From Bacillota bacterium (GTDB lineage: Bacteria > Bacillota > Limnochordia > DTU080): DNA of 64,000 bases. A program made the translations under genes and the position numbers. Each line of letters begins with the position of its first letter. Positions within the stretch are counted from its first letter, which is position 1. The notes beneath the pieces are model-generated. The model was not told the DNA's origin. It was given only the letters and a program-made list of their open reading frames with translations, and made no database searches. Below, piece by piece: positions 19,312 through 29,641 of this stretch. The DNA lies in the NCBI GenBank assembly GCA_012838035.1, contig DUQB01000005.1, positions 28,510 to 92,509 of the forward strand. Reading direction: 5' to 3'.

Positions 19312-21723
19312 ATGGCTTTGTCCACCGGGTTCAGAGTGGTACTGATCTTAATGCTCGTCTGTTTATCGCTGCTTATCTCGCAGGCAGGATGGGCCGCCCA
19401 AGACCGTATCGGGCCCCAAGGTACAGATGGACTGACTTTTAGGCTAAAAGCCATATCCGGCATGCGGCTCGATCCGTTCCAGCCACCTGCTGCCGACACG
19501 CTTACGGACCAAATTGCTTTGTTTATGACCCCCGGTGAGTATGAGCCCGTCAGTTTCGGCGTTTTCGCGCAGAAAGACTTGCAGGATGTTCTACCGGTTG
19601 CAGGTGATTTAACGTCCGGTAATCAAGTCATTCCAGCTGCAAATATCGATATTAAACTGGTGAAACGCTGGTATCAGGCAGGTACGGCTTGGTTGGGACG
19701 CGATCAGGACAAAAGCAGAAGAGTATTAGTGCCCGAACTGCTGCTGAACGATCCTGCTTTGGTAAAGGTTGACTACGAGAACAAAGAGAACTACCTGGCA
19801 CTACATTTCGATACTGGCATCGAGTATGTTTGGATCAGCGATCCGACGGATTGCAGCGGCCGGATGCGTTTACTGCCCCATGAATGGCCCGTGCGGGACA
19901 GTGCCGCTTTGTTACCTGTGGATATCGCTTCCGGCAGCAACGAGCAGTATTGGGTGACCGTACACATACCGGAAACAGCTTTGCCGGGAGCCTATACCGG
20001 CTACATCACGTTCTACGACCATGAGGGTCGAGCCGGACAACTGCAACTGCAAGTTACGGTACTGCCGTTCACGTTGGCTCCGCCTGTTCATGAATCGAGC
20101 ATCTACTACCGCGGCGTGCTCGACACTTTCGGTATCGGTTCGATCTCTGCGGAACGCAAGACGGAACAACAATACAGAGCTGAGTTGGCGGACATGGTGG
20201 CGCACGGCGTTACCAATCCCATCGTCTATCAGCCGTTGGAAAGTTTGGCCTCTGTGTTGAAGATCCGCGCTGAATTCGGGCTAAACCAGCAGCCTTTATA
20301 CTACTTGGGAGTACGTACCTATGATCCGGAGTTTCGTATCGCAGCCGCGTTGGCGCTGGCTAAACAGTACGGCATTCCGGAGGTCTATTTCTACGCGATC
20401 GATGAAGCTGCTGGAGCTGAGTTAGCCAAGCAGCGCCCGGATTTCGAGCGGGTTCATGCAGCCGGTGGTAAGGTTTTTGCAGCTAGTTGGCAACCGGGGA
20501 GTTTTGAACTGGTGGGAGATATCCAGGATTTGTATATCAACCATGGACGTTTGTCCCTGACGGAAGCCCGGAAGTGGCACAATGCCGGCAAAAGGATATG
20601 GTCCTACGGCAATCCGCAGACACCCGCCGAGAATCCGGAGCTTTATCGGCGCAACTACGGATTGCTGTTATGGATAAACGAGCACGATGGGGCGGCGCCG
20701 TATGCTTACCAGGACGGTTTTGGCAACATCTGGAACGATTTCGACCACCTTGACTACCGCGATCACAACTTTACCTATCCGACTGTGGACGGCGTGATCA
20801 GTACCATCGCTTGGGAAGGTTATCGAGAGGCTGTGGACGATCTGCGCTACCTAAATACGCTGCTGCAGGCGATTACCGTAGCGAAAGCGGGTACGGACGT
20901 CGAATTGATGGCGACAGCTGAAGAAGCTGAAGCTTATTTGGCTGGGTTGACCGCGCAAGGTGATTTGGATGAGATACGCGGGCTTCTTAGCTATTACATC
21001 CTCAAGCTGCAGAAATCCGCTATCCCTGCAGGGTTGCCTACTCCTCTCAGGCAGACGGAAACACTGGAATGCATCACGCTGGACCCAGCTTTGGAGCAAG
21101 TGGTGCGCACGCTGTTGAAAAAAGAAAGCGGTCCCATTACACCGGCTGATGCGGCCCGGATTATCAGCATCGAAGCCAGAGACAAAGGTGTCAAGACGCT
21201 TGAAGGTTTGCAGTACTTCACTTCGCTGCGCGTATTGCGTTTAGACGCAAACGGCATCTCTGACCTCAGTCCGTTGGCACACTGCCAGGAACTGCGTGAA
21301 CTGTTCCTTACGGATAACCCGGGAGTGGAAGACATTACTCCCATCGCCGGACTTGAGAACCTATTCCGCTTGACCATACATCGTACGAGCATTGCCGACT
21401 TTATGGCTCTGGCAGGCCATCCGGCGCTGCAGAATATTGAGTACCACAACGCCTTAATCGAAGACATCGCATCATTACCGGATCTACCCAACTTGCGTGA
21501 ATTACATGCAGGTTGGAGTCGCTTGGCGGATATCACCGGAATTGGTCGGTTCCCTCGATTGACCAGGGTCTTTCTAGCAGGTAGTCGAGTGACGGATATT
21601 ACGCCGTTGCTCGACCTGCCGGTTTTGCAGACGGTGTGGCTGGATGCCGAGCAGCGGCGCCGGAATCCGGCCGTTGTGGAACGCTTGCGGGCTAAAGGCG
21701 TTTTCATTGACGAATCCTACTAA
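19312..21723 (+). CDS. Secreted multidomain protein: N-terminal beta-sandwich/glycoside-hydrolase-like region (DUF4091-type architecture) plus C-terminal leucine-rich repeats
   Basis: Signal peptide MALSTGFRVVLILMLVCLSLLISQAGWAAQ. From residue ~640 onward there are about 6 tandem 22-24-aa LRRs (LRVLRLDANGISDLSPLAHCQELRELFLTDNPGVEDITPIAGLENL...). The ORF track extends the start to 19231. Confidence 0.6.
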   Translation: MALSTGFRVVLILMLVCLSLLISQAGWAAQDRIGPQGTDGLTFRLKAISGMRLDPFQPPAADTLTDQIALFMTPGEYEPVSFGVFAQKDLQDVLPVAGDLTSGNQVIPAANIDIKLVKRWYQAGTAWLGRDQDKSRRVLVPELLLNDPALVKVDYENKENYLALHFDTGIEYVWISDPTDCSGRMRLLPHEWPVRDSAALLPVDIASGSNEQYWVTVHIPETALPGAYTGYITFYDHEGRAGQLQLQVTVLPFTLAPPVHESSIYYRGVLDTFGIGSISAERKTEQQYRAELADMVAHGVTNPIVYQPLESLASVLKIRAEFGLNQQPLYYLGVRTYDPEFRIAAALALAKQYGIPEVYFYAIDEAAGAELAKQRPDFERVHAAGGKVFAASWQPGSFELVGDIQDLYINHGRLSLTEARKWHNAGKRIWSYGNPQTPAENPELYRRNYGLLLWINEHDGAAPYAYQDGFGNIWNDFDHLDYRDHNFTYPTVDGVISTIAWEGYREAVDDLRYLNTLLQAITVAKAGTDVELMATAEEAEAYLAGLTAQGDLDEIRGLLSYYILKLQKSAIPAGLPTPLRQTETLECITLDPALEQVVRTLLKKESGPITPADAARIISIEARDKGVKTLEGLQYFTSLRVLRLDANGISDLSPLAHCQELRELFLTDNPGVEDITPIAGLENLFRLTIHRTSIADFMALAGHPALQNIEYHNALIEDIASLPDLPNLRELHAGWSRLADITGIGRFPRLTRVFLAGSRVTDITPLLDLPVLQTVWLDAEQRRRNPAVVERLRAKGVFIDESY

Positions 21724-21743
21724 TCCAATACGAGAGAGGTTAC

Positions 21744-24017
21744 ATGGTTTTGCATAACGACGATGGCAGCCGGACGCTGCCCGGGACGAGTTATTTATCC
21801 GGCACTGCCGATTACGGCAGACTACTGTTGGCGGGAATAAGCAGTTTGCTGGACAGACGGCTGGTCGAGGCTGATCGGAAAAGACGATGTCTTCTGACGC
21901 AATCCAAAAGCCCGACCGATATTCGCAACGCTGTGATAGAGCGTCGTCAAAAGCTGGCGCGATGCATTGGCGTAGTCGATACGCGATTGCCTATAGAGCA
22001 GCTGGAGGTTACGGCTCAGATTGGGGAGAGTCCGATTATAGCCGAAACGGCGCACTATAATGTGATGATGGTGCGCTGGCCCGTACTGCCGGGTGTTGAT
22101 GGCGAAGGTTTGCTCATAGAACCGCGGCAACCGCCGGTGGCCAATGTAATAGCATTGCCGGACGCCGACTGGTCCCCGGAGGTGATTGCCGGTATTATGC
22201 CGGATTTGCCAACGCCAAAGCAGTATGCACGTCGCTTGGCTGATAGTGGATGCCGGGTCGTGGTACCGACGCTGATCAATCGAGATTGTCGCTGGTCGGG
22301 CAATCCGGCGATTCGCATGACGAACCAGCCCCATCGAGAGTATATCTACCGCATGGCTTACCAGATGGGCCGGCACATCATTGGTTATGAAACGCAAAAA
22401 GTACTAGCGGTAGCGGAGCTGTTCAAAAAGCAGAGTCCGAGCCTACCGCTAATATTGTTCGGTTACGGCGAAGGCGGGTTACTGGTGCTGAGCGCTGCCG
22501 CATTGGATGAGAGAATTGATGCGGCAGGTGTCAGCGGCTACTTCGCTGATCAGACGGAAATATGGCAAGAGCCCATCTATCGGAATGTATGGCAGTTGCT
22601 GCAGGGTTGTTCGGATGCTGAACTGGCGGCTTGCGTTGCGCCGCGCCCCATACTCATTGAGAACGCGCCGGGACCGGTTGTCCTCGGGCCTCCTCCGGAG
22701 ACTGCGGACCGCAAAGGCGCAGCTCCGGGCGTGCTCCGCCCTATCAGCGAGAAGGACGCTCGCACGGAATTTGAGTTGGCCAGGTTGACATACAGCCATC
22801 TCGGCGTGTCCGATAACATTCATTTTGTGCAACCTCAACCTGATGAAGGCCCCGGCTGTGAGCGTGCGTTAGTCTGGTTATTGCAGGCATGTTCCGTCAA
22901 GCCGACGACGGACGGCTCACCCGATATCCAAGTGTTGTCCTACAGACAAGCGTGGGTGGAGGAGCGGCAGCGGCGTCAGTTTCAACAGCTTGTTCACTAC
23001 ACTCAAGAGCTTGCGCAGAACGCAGCGGTAAAGCGTATAGAGTTCTGGCAACAGACTGACGATACTTCACCTGAAGCATGGATACGCAGCACCCGGCACT
23101 ATCGACGCTACTTTCATGCAGAGGTCATCGGGGTCGCGCCGCCTTTGCCGCCGTTGAGAGAAGCCCGCAGCCGCTTAATCGAAACTACCATACAGTATCG
23201 GTTGTATGAGGTGGTACTTGACCTGTGGGATGAGGTACCGGCTTTTGCCTACCTATTAACGCCGGTAACGGCATCCGCGGGCAACCCGGCTCCCGTGGTT
23301 GTCTGTCAGCACGGACTGGCCGGCGATCCCGCCGCGTTGCTGCAAGCCGGAGCATACCGTCGGATGGCCGAGGTGTTGGCGACAAGGGGCTATATAGCTC
23401 TCGTTCCGCAGAACCCGGTGGTAGGTCCGGCCGGCGACTTCTTCCGGGTATTGCAGCGAAAGGCTAATCCTCTGGGGATGTCCATATTCTCGTTTGTCAT
23501 CGCCGTTCACCAGCGTTGGTTGACCTGGTTGGGGACGCAAACATACGCAGATAAAAACCGCATTGCTTTATACGGATTGTCCTATGGCGGTAAAACCGCA
23601 CTGCGCGTACCGGCCGTCTTGCCTGAGTACGCCCTGGCGATTTGTTCGGGCGACTTTATGGAGTGGATTGTCAAAACAGTCAGCACGGACTTCAGTACCA
23701 GCTACATGTTTACAGGCGAGTACGAGATACCGGAGTTCAACCTAGGGCACACGTTCAATCATGCCGAGATGGCTTACTTGATAGCACCGCGCCCGTTTAT
23801 GGTCGAAAGAGGTCATGCGGATCCTTGCGGGGAGGACGCTTGGGTGGAGCATGAGTATGTTAAAGTTAAACGGCTCTACGACAAACTAGGCATACCGCAG
23901 AATACGCACATGGAGTACTTTGCCGGCGGTCACCGCATTAACCTGCAGGGAACCATGGAGTTCATCGAAAAACACCTGGGGCCTACGGTACGACCTGTTG
24001 TTGATCACGATGCCTAG
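21744..24017 (+). CDS. Cytoplasmic protein with two tandem alpha/beta-hydrolase-fold domains (S9 peptidase / dienelactone-hydrolase / esterase-like)
   Basis: The second domain has the nucleophile elbow GLSYGG (GxSYGG of S9/DLH type). The first domain has GYGEGG at the equivalent position. No signal peptide. Confidence 0.5.
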   Translation: MVLHNDDGSRTLPGTSYLSGTADYGRLLLAGISSLLDRRLVEADRKRRCLLTQSKSPTDIRNAVIERRQKLARCIGVVDTRLPIEQLEVTAQIGESPIIAETAHYNVMMVRWPVLPGVDGEGLLIEPRQPPVANVIALPDADWSPEVIAGIMPDLPTPKQYARRLADSGCRVVVPTLINRDCRWSGNPAIRMTNQPHREYIYRMAYQMGRHIIGYETQKVLAVAELFKKQSPSLPLILFGYGEGGLLVLSAAALDERIDAAGVSGYFADQTEIWQEPIYRNVWQLLQGCSDAELAACVAPRPILIENAPGPVVLGPPPETADRKGAAPGVLRPISEKDARTEFELARLTYSHLGVSDNIHFVQPQPDEGPGCERALVWLLQACSVKPTTDGSPDIQVLSYRQAWVEERQRRQFQQLVHYTQELAQNAAVKRIEFWQQTDDTSPEAWIRSTRHYRRYFHAEVIGVAPPLPPLREARSRLIETTIQYRLYEVVLDLWDEVPAFAYLLTPVTASAGNPAPVVVCQHGLAGDPAALLQAGAYRRMAEVLATRGYIALVPQNPVVGPAGDFFRVLQRKANPLGMSIFSFVIAVHQRWLTWLGTQTYADKNRIALYGLSYGGKTALRVPAVLPEYALAICSGDFMEWIVKTVSTDFSTSYMFTGEYEIPEFNLGHTFNHAEMAYLIAPRPFMVERGHADPCGEDAWVEHEYVKVKRLYDKLGIPQNTHMEYFAGGHRINLQGTMEFIEKHLGPTVRPVVDHDA

Positions 24018-24098
24018 TTCCGCAGCGGTGGTTGTCAACGTGTCTGGGACAGGAGCTGCGACGTAGAAAACCAAGTGGCGGCAGTCTTACTAATTGCA

Positions 24099-24140
24099 GG
24101 CTGTTTCCGTTCACCATTCGGACGGCAACAGCCTGTTTTT
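24099..24140 (+). terminator. Rho-independent terminator closing the accessory cluster
   Basis: GGCTGTTTCCGT...ACGGCAACAGCC, 11 of 12 bp paired, followed by TGTTTTT. Confidence 0.65.
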
Positions 24141-24184
24141 CGCTTAGTGACAACCATCCCGATGAACACTTGTGCGCGTTGCGG

Positions 24185-24213
24185 TTGATTTATTATCTTA
24201 ACACGGCATAATA
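24185..24213 (+). promoter_or_regulatory. Candidate sigma-A-type promoter for tgt
   Basis: TTGATT - 17 nt - ATAATA immediately upstream of the tgt start region. Confidence 0.4.
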
Positions 24214-24214
24214 A

Positions 24215-25414
<1,200 letters not shown>

Positions 25415-25503
25415 GTCGCGCTGGTATAACCTCCCTACGGTTTCTGCTAGAATAAAAGAACAGTGGAGTACAACTCATATTTGCACATTAAGGAGACTAT
25501 GCA

Positions 25504-25803
25504 ATGGTATTATTACAGGCGGCGCCAAGCGTAGAAGCAGTACCCATGCAGTTAGGTATTTTACAATTCGTCCCGCTCCTCGTTATGCTGGTTGCGTTCT
25601 ATTTCTTCTTGATTCGTCCCCAACAACAGCAGCAGAAAAAGCGACAAGAAATGCTCAATAAGCTCGAACGCGGCGATAAAATCTTGACTATCGGCGGTTT
25701 GCAGGGTGAAATAGTCGCCATACGCGATGATGTTCTTACCGTGCGTTTGGCCGACAACGTGGAAGTGAAGCTGCATCGCAGCGGAGTCGGTCAGGTGCTC
25801 TAG
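25504..25803 (+). CDS. yajC: Preprotein translocase subunit YajC
   Basis: Single TM helix plus FFLIRPQQQQQKKRQEMLNKLERGDKILTIGGLQGEIVAI. The true start may be the internal Met at about 25543. Confidence 0.8.
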   Translation: MVLLQAAPSVEAVPMQLGILQFVPLLVMLVAFYFFLIRPQQQQQKKRQEMLNKLERGDKILTIGGLQGEIVAIRDDVLTVRLADNVEVKLHRSGVGQVL

Positions 25804-25839
25804 CCGCATGAGCGTTCCGGCGCACAGCTTAGTAGGTAG

Positions 25840-26334
25840 GTGAAGGCCGTGATGGACTTGGCGCGGATCATCTTACTTCTCGCGGCGCTGCTTGGTGTGG
25901 CAGGAACCTTTTTACCCGTACTGCCCGGAACGCCTCTGATTGCCGTAGCTGCTCTCATCTATGCCTGGTGGAGCGACTTCGCGGTATTAACTTGGCCGGA
26001 CATCGTCATTTTGGCTGTGTTAGCCGTTGTATCATACCTGGGCGATTTCATCTTCGGAGTCGCCGGAGCCCGTCGTTTCGGCGCAGGTCGCTACGGCATG
26101 ATGGGAGCGATGATCGGTCTGCTTCTAGGTATTCCGTGCTTCGGTCCCATCGGACTCCTGGTGGGCCCCATCGTGGGTGCCGCTATCGGCGAACTAATTT
26201 ACGGCAGGCATTGGCGAACCGCGCTGCAGGCAGGCATCGGTGCCGGCGTCGGTACTCTGGTCGCCACCATCTCTCATTTCGTTATCGCGTTGGTCATGTT
26301 CATCTACCTTTGTCTGCAGCTGTTCTCCGCTTAA
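25840..26334 (+). CDS. DUF456-family small integral membrane protein
   Basis: 4 TM helices with the LPVLPGTPLI motif and a Gly-rich segment. Confidence 0.6.
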   Translation: MKAVMDLARIILLLAALLGVAGTFLPVLPGTPLIAVAALIYAWWSDFAVLTWPDIVILAVLAVVSYLGDFIFGVAGARRFGAGRYGMMGAMIGLLLGIPCFGPIGLLVGPIVGAAIGELIYGRHWRTALQAGIGAGVGTLVATISHFVIALVMFIYLCLQLFSA

Positions 26335-26602
26335 TAGAGCAATGGAAGAGCCTAAGCGGCGGTTCTCACCGTCGAGCGGTTTTCGCAGCTGCAAATCCGG
26401 CTCAGCGGCTGCCCATCCGATCGGGTGTGCTGAACACGGCATTTTCGGCATACCCTCATCGCAGAGTGCTCATGCTGATACCCATCCCGCGAACAGGCGT
26501 CGGCGCGCTCTCCGCATGTCTATTTGCATGCTTTTTCGTATCTGTGTCGAGTATCGCTTTTGTCTATGAAGTGACCCATGGGTAGTGGAAGGATGATGTT
26601 TT

Positions 26603-29086
26603 GTGTCACGTGAAACCATTTGGCAGGTACGCCGGGCGGATCAAGCGGCCGTAGAATCTATTCGCCGGGAACTTGGCGTTTCGCGTATCACGGCTCAGGT
26701 CCTTGTCGCACGTGGCGCAATCAACTCCGCTATTGCGCGTCAACGTTATCAACTGAGTGAGGAAAGTCTGCACTCACCGTGGTTATTACCTGACATAAAG
26801 GCTGCCGTTAAACGTATTGCAGAGGCTATTGCCCGGCAGGAACTCATTACGGTTTACGGGGATTACGATGTAGACGGGCAGACGGCCACCGCGCTGCTCG
26901 TTACGGTGTTGCGCCGCTTGCAGGCCCGGGTCCGGTATTATATTCCCAGCCGGTTTGATGAGGGTTATGGCTTAAATGCCCAGGCCGTCACTGAGATAGC
27001 CCAATCGGGAAGTACTCTGCTGATCACCGTAGACTGTGGCACTACCGCCGTATCTGAAACGGCTTTGGCGCACTCTCTCGGCCTGGACTGTATCGTAACT
27101 GATCATCACGAACCAGCAGGGGAGCTTGCTCAGTCAGTGGCATTGGTCAATCCCAAGTTGGCGCACAGTACGTATCCTTGGCCGCACCTAGCAGGCGTAG
27201 GCGTGGCATATAAACTGGCAACGGCGCTCGTCGAGCATATGAACAAGCCGGTTCATTCAGCGGACCTTCTGGATTTGGTCGCGTTGGGCACCGTTGCGGA
27301 CGTCGTGCCTCTGCTCGATGAAAACCGCCGGCTGGTCGCTGCCGGTTTAGAGAAGATCAATGCAGCCCCCATTCCGGGGATAGCGGCGCTGGCTGCCGCC
27401 AGTCAATTGTCGCCCGGCAGCATCGAATCGTCGCACCTTGCTTTCCAAATGGCGCCGCGTCTTAATGCGGGAGGCCGCATTGCCCACGCCACTGCCGGAG
27501 TAGATATGTTGCTCGCCGTCTCCATGTCGGAAGCGCTGCCGATAGCGGCCAAATTGGATGCTGAAAATAGAACCCGACAAGCAATTGAGGAACAAATACT
27601 GGAGGAAGCCAAAGCGCTCGCCGATGCGCAGGCCGATGCTCCGCTGCACCTAGTGGCCGGCGAGAATTGGCATCCGGGGGTCATTGGTATTGTGGCCTCG
27701 CGGTTAGTGGAGCTGTATGGTCGCCCCACCTTCGTACTGTCATGCGCAGACGGCGTAGCTACGGCGTCTGGGAGGAGCATACAAGGGTTTCACATTACGC
27801 AGGTTTTGGAAAAGCACGCCGCTCTGTTGGAGCGCTTTGGCGGTCATGCGATGGCTGCCGGCTTCACCGTGCAGGTCGACCGCATAGAGGAGCTGCGTCA
27901 AGCGCTTGTAGCGGAAGCGGCGGCAACATTCTCCGACGGTGTACCTCCTGCGGTGGTAGATATTGATGCGGTTGTCGATTTAACCGAACTGGACACCAAA
28001 GTAATGGCAGAGCTAAACCGGTTGGGACCGTTTGGTTACGGTAACCCGGCGCCCGTTCTGTGCTGTTATGGCATTAAGCCTTTGCATATCAAAACGGTAG
28101 GTAAAGACAACGGCGTGCTCCGTTTAACTCTGCCTGTCGCACGGTCGCAAATTACGGCGGTAGGTTTCCGGTTGGGTCATTTGGCCGCGGAGCTTTCGGG
28201 TCCGCAAGACTTAGCATTTACGCTGACATTGAACGACTGGCGCGGCAAGCAACAATTGGAATTGCGTTTGCGCCATATCAAAAGGTCTGAGGCGTCGACG
28301 TCAAGAGAGGTCCATCAGGCTGCTCCCGAAGTCGCCGCTACACACGACGAAGCGGCTGTAAGCGGGGCCAAGCCTGTTCGGTGCGCGGTTGGCGATGTGA
28401 CATGCTGCTACAACCCGACATATCAGTATCATGGAAAAGAGTATATTGAGTCACTGTTGCAGCGCAATATCCACCCTTTGGTGTGGGAGGGGAGCGGCCT
28501 AACGCACCAGGGCATGCAAATCCCCGCCTCAACAGGTTACTCCGGTAAGCAACCGCCTGTTGATCCCGCGCAAAACTCGCCGGCTCCGGGCGTCGGTATG
28601 CAGGGAAATCCCTGGGCGTTGGTCTTAACTGCGGCTCCGGTGGGCGAGATGTGGAGGGCTGTCACTCAGCGCTTGCGGCAAATGTCGCGACCACACGAAG
28701 TACATGTCCTCTATCCGTTGGATGAGCGTGAGGCGGCAATAGCCCAAGTGGATGCGGACTGGCCGGATCGACCTGTTTTAGTCCAAGTTTTTATCGAGTT
28801 GCGGGACCGGAATAAGAACAAACATTCCATTTCTCCGGAGATCATCGCGCAACAACTAGGTTTGACGTTAGCAGGCGCTAATCGCGCTCTGGCCGTATTT
28901 GCCGAACTAGGTTTAGTCGATCCGGAAAAAGGTTGGACTCTACTCCCGCAACCGGCTCAGAAACTAGACTTGCATCAATCTGTCAGTTATAATCGTTATA
29001 TGGCTAAACGCTTGGCAGATACCCAAACGTTGAGTATCAAGGAACCCCAAGCGCTGTTCGCTAAAATACTACGTCTCTGGCGCTGA
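26603..29086 (+). CDS. recJ: Single-stranded-DNA-specific exonuclease RecJ
   Basis: DHH motif GDYDVDGQTATALL, a DHHA1 domain (GGHAMAAGF) and an OB-fold C-terminal region. GTG start after GGAAGGATG. Confidence 0.85.
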   Translation: MSRETIWQVRRADQAAVESIRRELGVSRITAQVLVARGAINSAIARQRYQLSEESLHSPWLLPDIKAAVKRIAEAIARQELITVYGDYDVDGQTATALLVTVLRRLQARVRYYIPSRFDEGYGLNAQAVTEIAQSGSTLLITVDCGTTAVSETALAHSLGLDCIVTDHHEPAGELAQSVALVNPKLAHSTYPWPHLAGVGVAYKLATALVEHMNKPVHSADLLDLVALGTVADVVPLLDENRRLVAAGLEKINAAPIPGIAALAAASQLSPGSIESSHLAFQMAPRLNAGGRIAHATAGVDMLLAVSMSEALPIAAKLDAENRTRQAIEEQILEEAKALADAQADAPLHLVAGENWHPGVIGIVASRLVELYGRPTFVLSCADGVATASGRSIQGFHITQVLEKHAALLERFGGHAMAAGFTVQVDRIEELRQALVAEAAATFSDGVPPAVVDIDAVVDLTELDTKVMAELNRLGPFGYGNPAPVLCCYGIKPLHIKTVGKDNGVLRLTLPVARSQITAVGFRLGHLAAELSGPQDLAFTLTLNDWRGKQQLELRLRHIKRSEASTSREVHQAAPEVAATHDEAAVSGAKPVRCAVGDVTCCYNPTYQYHGKEYIESLLQRNIHPLVWEGSGLTHQGMQIPASTGYSGKQPPVDPAQNSPAPGVGMQGNPWALVLTAAPVGEMWRAVTQRLRQMSRPHEVHVLYPLDEREAAIAQVDADWPDRPVLVQVFIELRDRNKNKHSISPEIIAQQLGLTLAGANRALAVFAELGLVDPEKGWTLLPQPAQKLDLHQSVSYNRYMAKRLADTQTLSIKEPQALFAKILRLWR

Positions 29087-29125
29087 AGTATGCGTACCTG
29101 CACATGGAATGGAGGCCAATTCATA

Positions 29126-29641
29126 GTGGACATTCGCAGTTTGATCAGGGAGATTCCGGATTACCCTCAACCAGGGGTAAGCTTTAAGGATATAACGACT
29201 GTGCTTAAGGATCCGCAGGCGCTGCAGTATGTCGTTCGTGAAATGGCTCGCCGTTTCCGCGATAAGGGTATCGACGTCATCGTCGGAGTGGAGTCACGCG
29301 GCTTTATTTTCGGCGCTCCTCTTGCGTACGAGCTGGGCTTGGGGCTTGTTCTGGTGCGTAAGCCCGGTAAGCTGCCGGCCGAGAAAATTCAAGTGGAGTA
29401 TGAGCTGGAATACGGCACAGATACTTTGGAGATACACAAGGATGCAATCCAACCTGGACAACGCGTGTTGATCGTTGATGACTTGTTGGCAACCGGAGGA
29501 ACCATATCCGCCGCCGCCAAGCTGGTAGAACAGTTAGGCGGAGAGGTGGTCGGTTATACCTTCCTCATCGAACTGGCCTATCTGGGCGGTCGCCGCAAGT
29601 TAGGCAATCAGGAGATAGCATCGCTTGTTATATATGACTGA
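29126..29641 (+). CDS. apt: Adenine phosphoribosyltransferase
   Basis: PRPP-binding motif VLIVDDLLATGGT. GTG start; the ORF track extends it to 29090. Its stop overlaps the relA start by 1 nt (TGATG). Confidence 0.85.
   Translation: MDIRSLIREIPDYPQPGVSFKDITTVLKDPQALQYVVREMARRFRDKGIDVIVGVESRGFIFGAPLAYELGLGLVLVRKPGKLPAEKIQVEYELEYGTDTLEIHKDAIQPGQRVLIVDDLLATGGTISAAAKLVEQLGGEVVGYTFLIELAYLGGRRKLGNQEIASLVIYD

Noticed and set aside
20994-21707. 237-aa minus-strand ORF inside the LRR protein gene
   Set aside because: Antisense to the regular LRR coding repeats, with an Arg/Ser-rich low-information translation.
25968-26585. 205-aa Arg-rich ORF in an alternative + frame overlapping the DUF456 gene and the recJ upstream region
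   Set aside because: Extreme Arg/Ser/Gly composition typical of an off-frame read-through in GC-rich DNA. It overlaps a well-supported membrane-protein gene, has no RBS and no domain signature.
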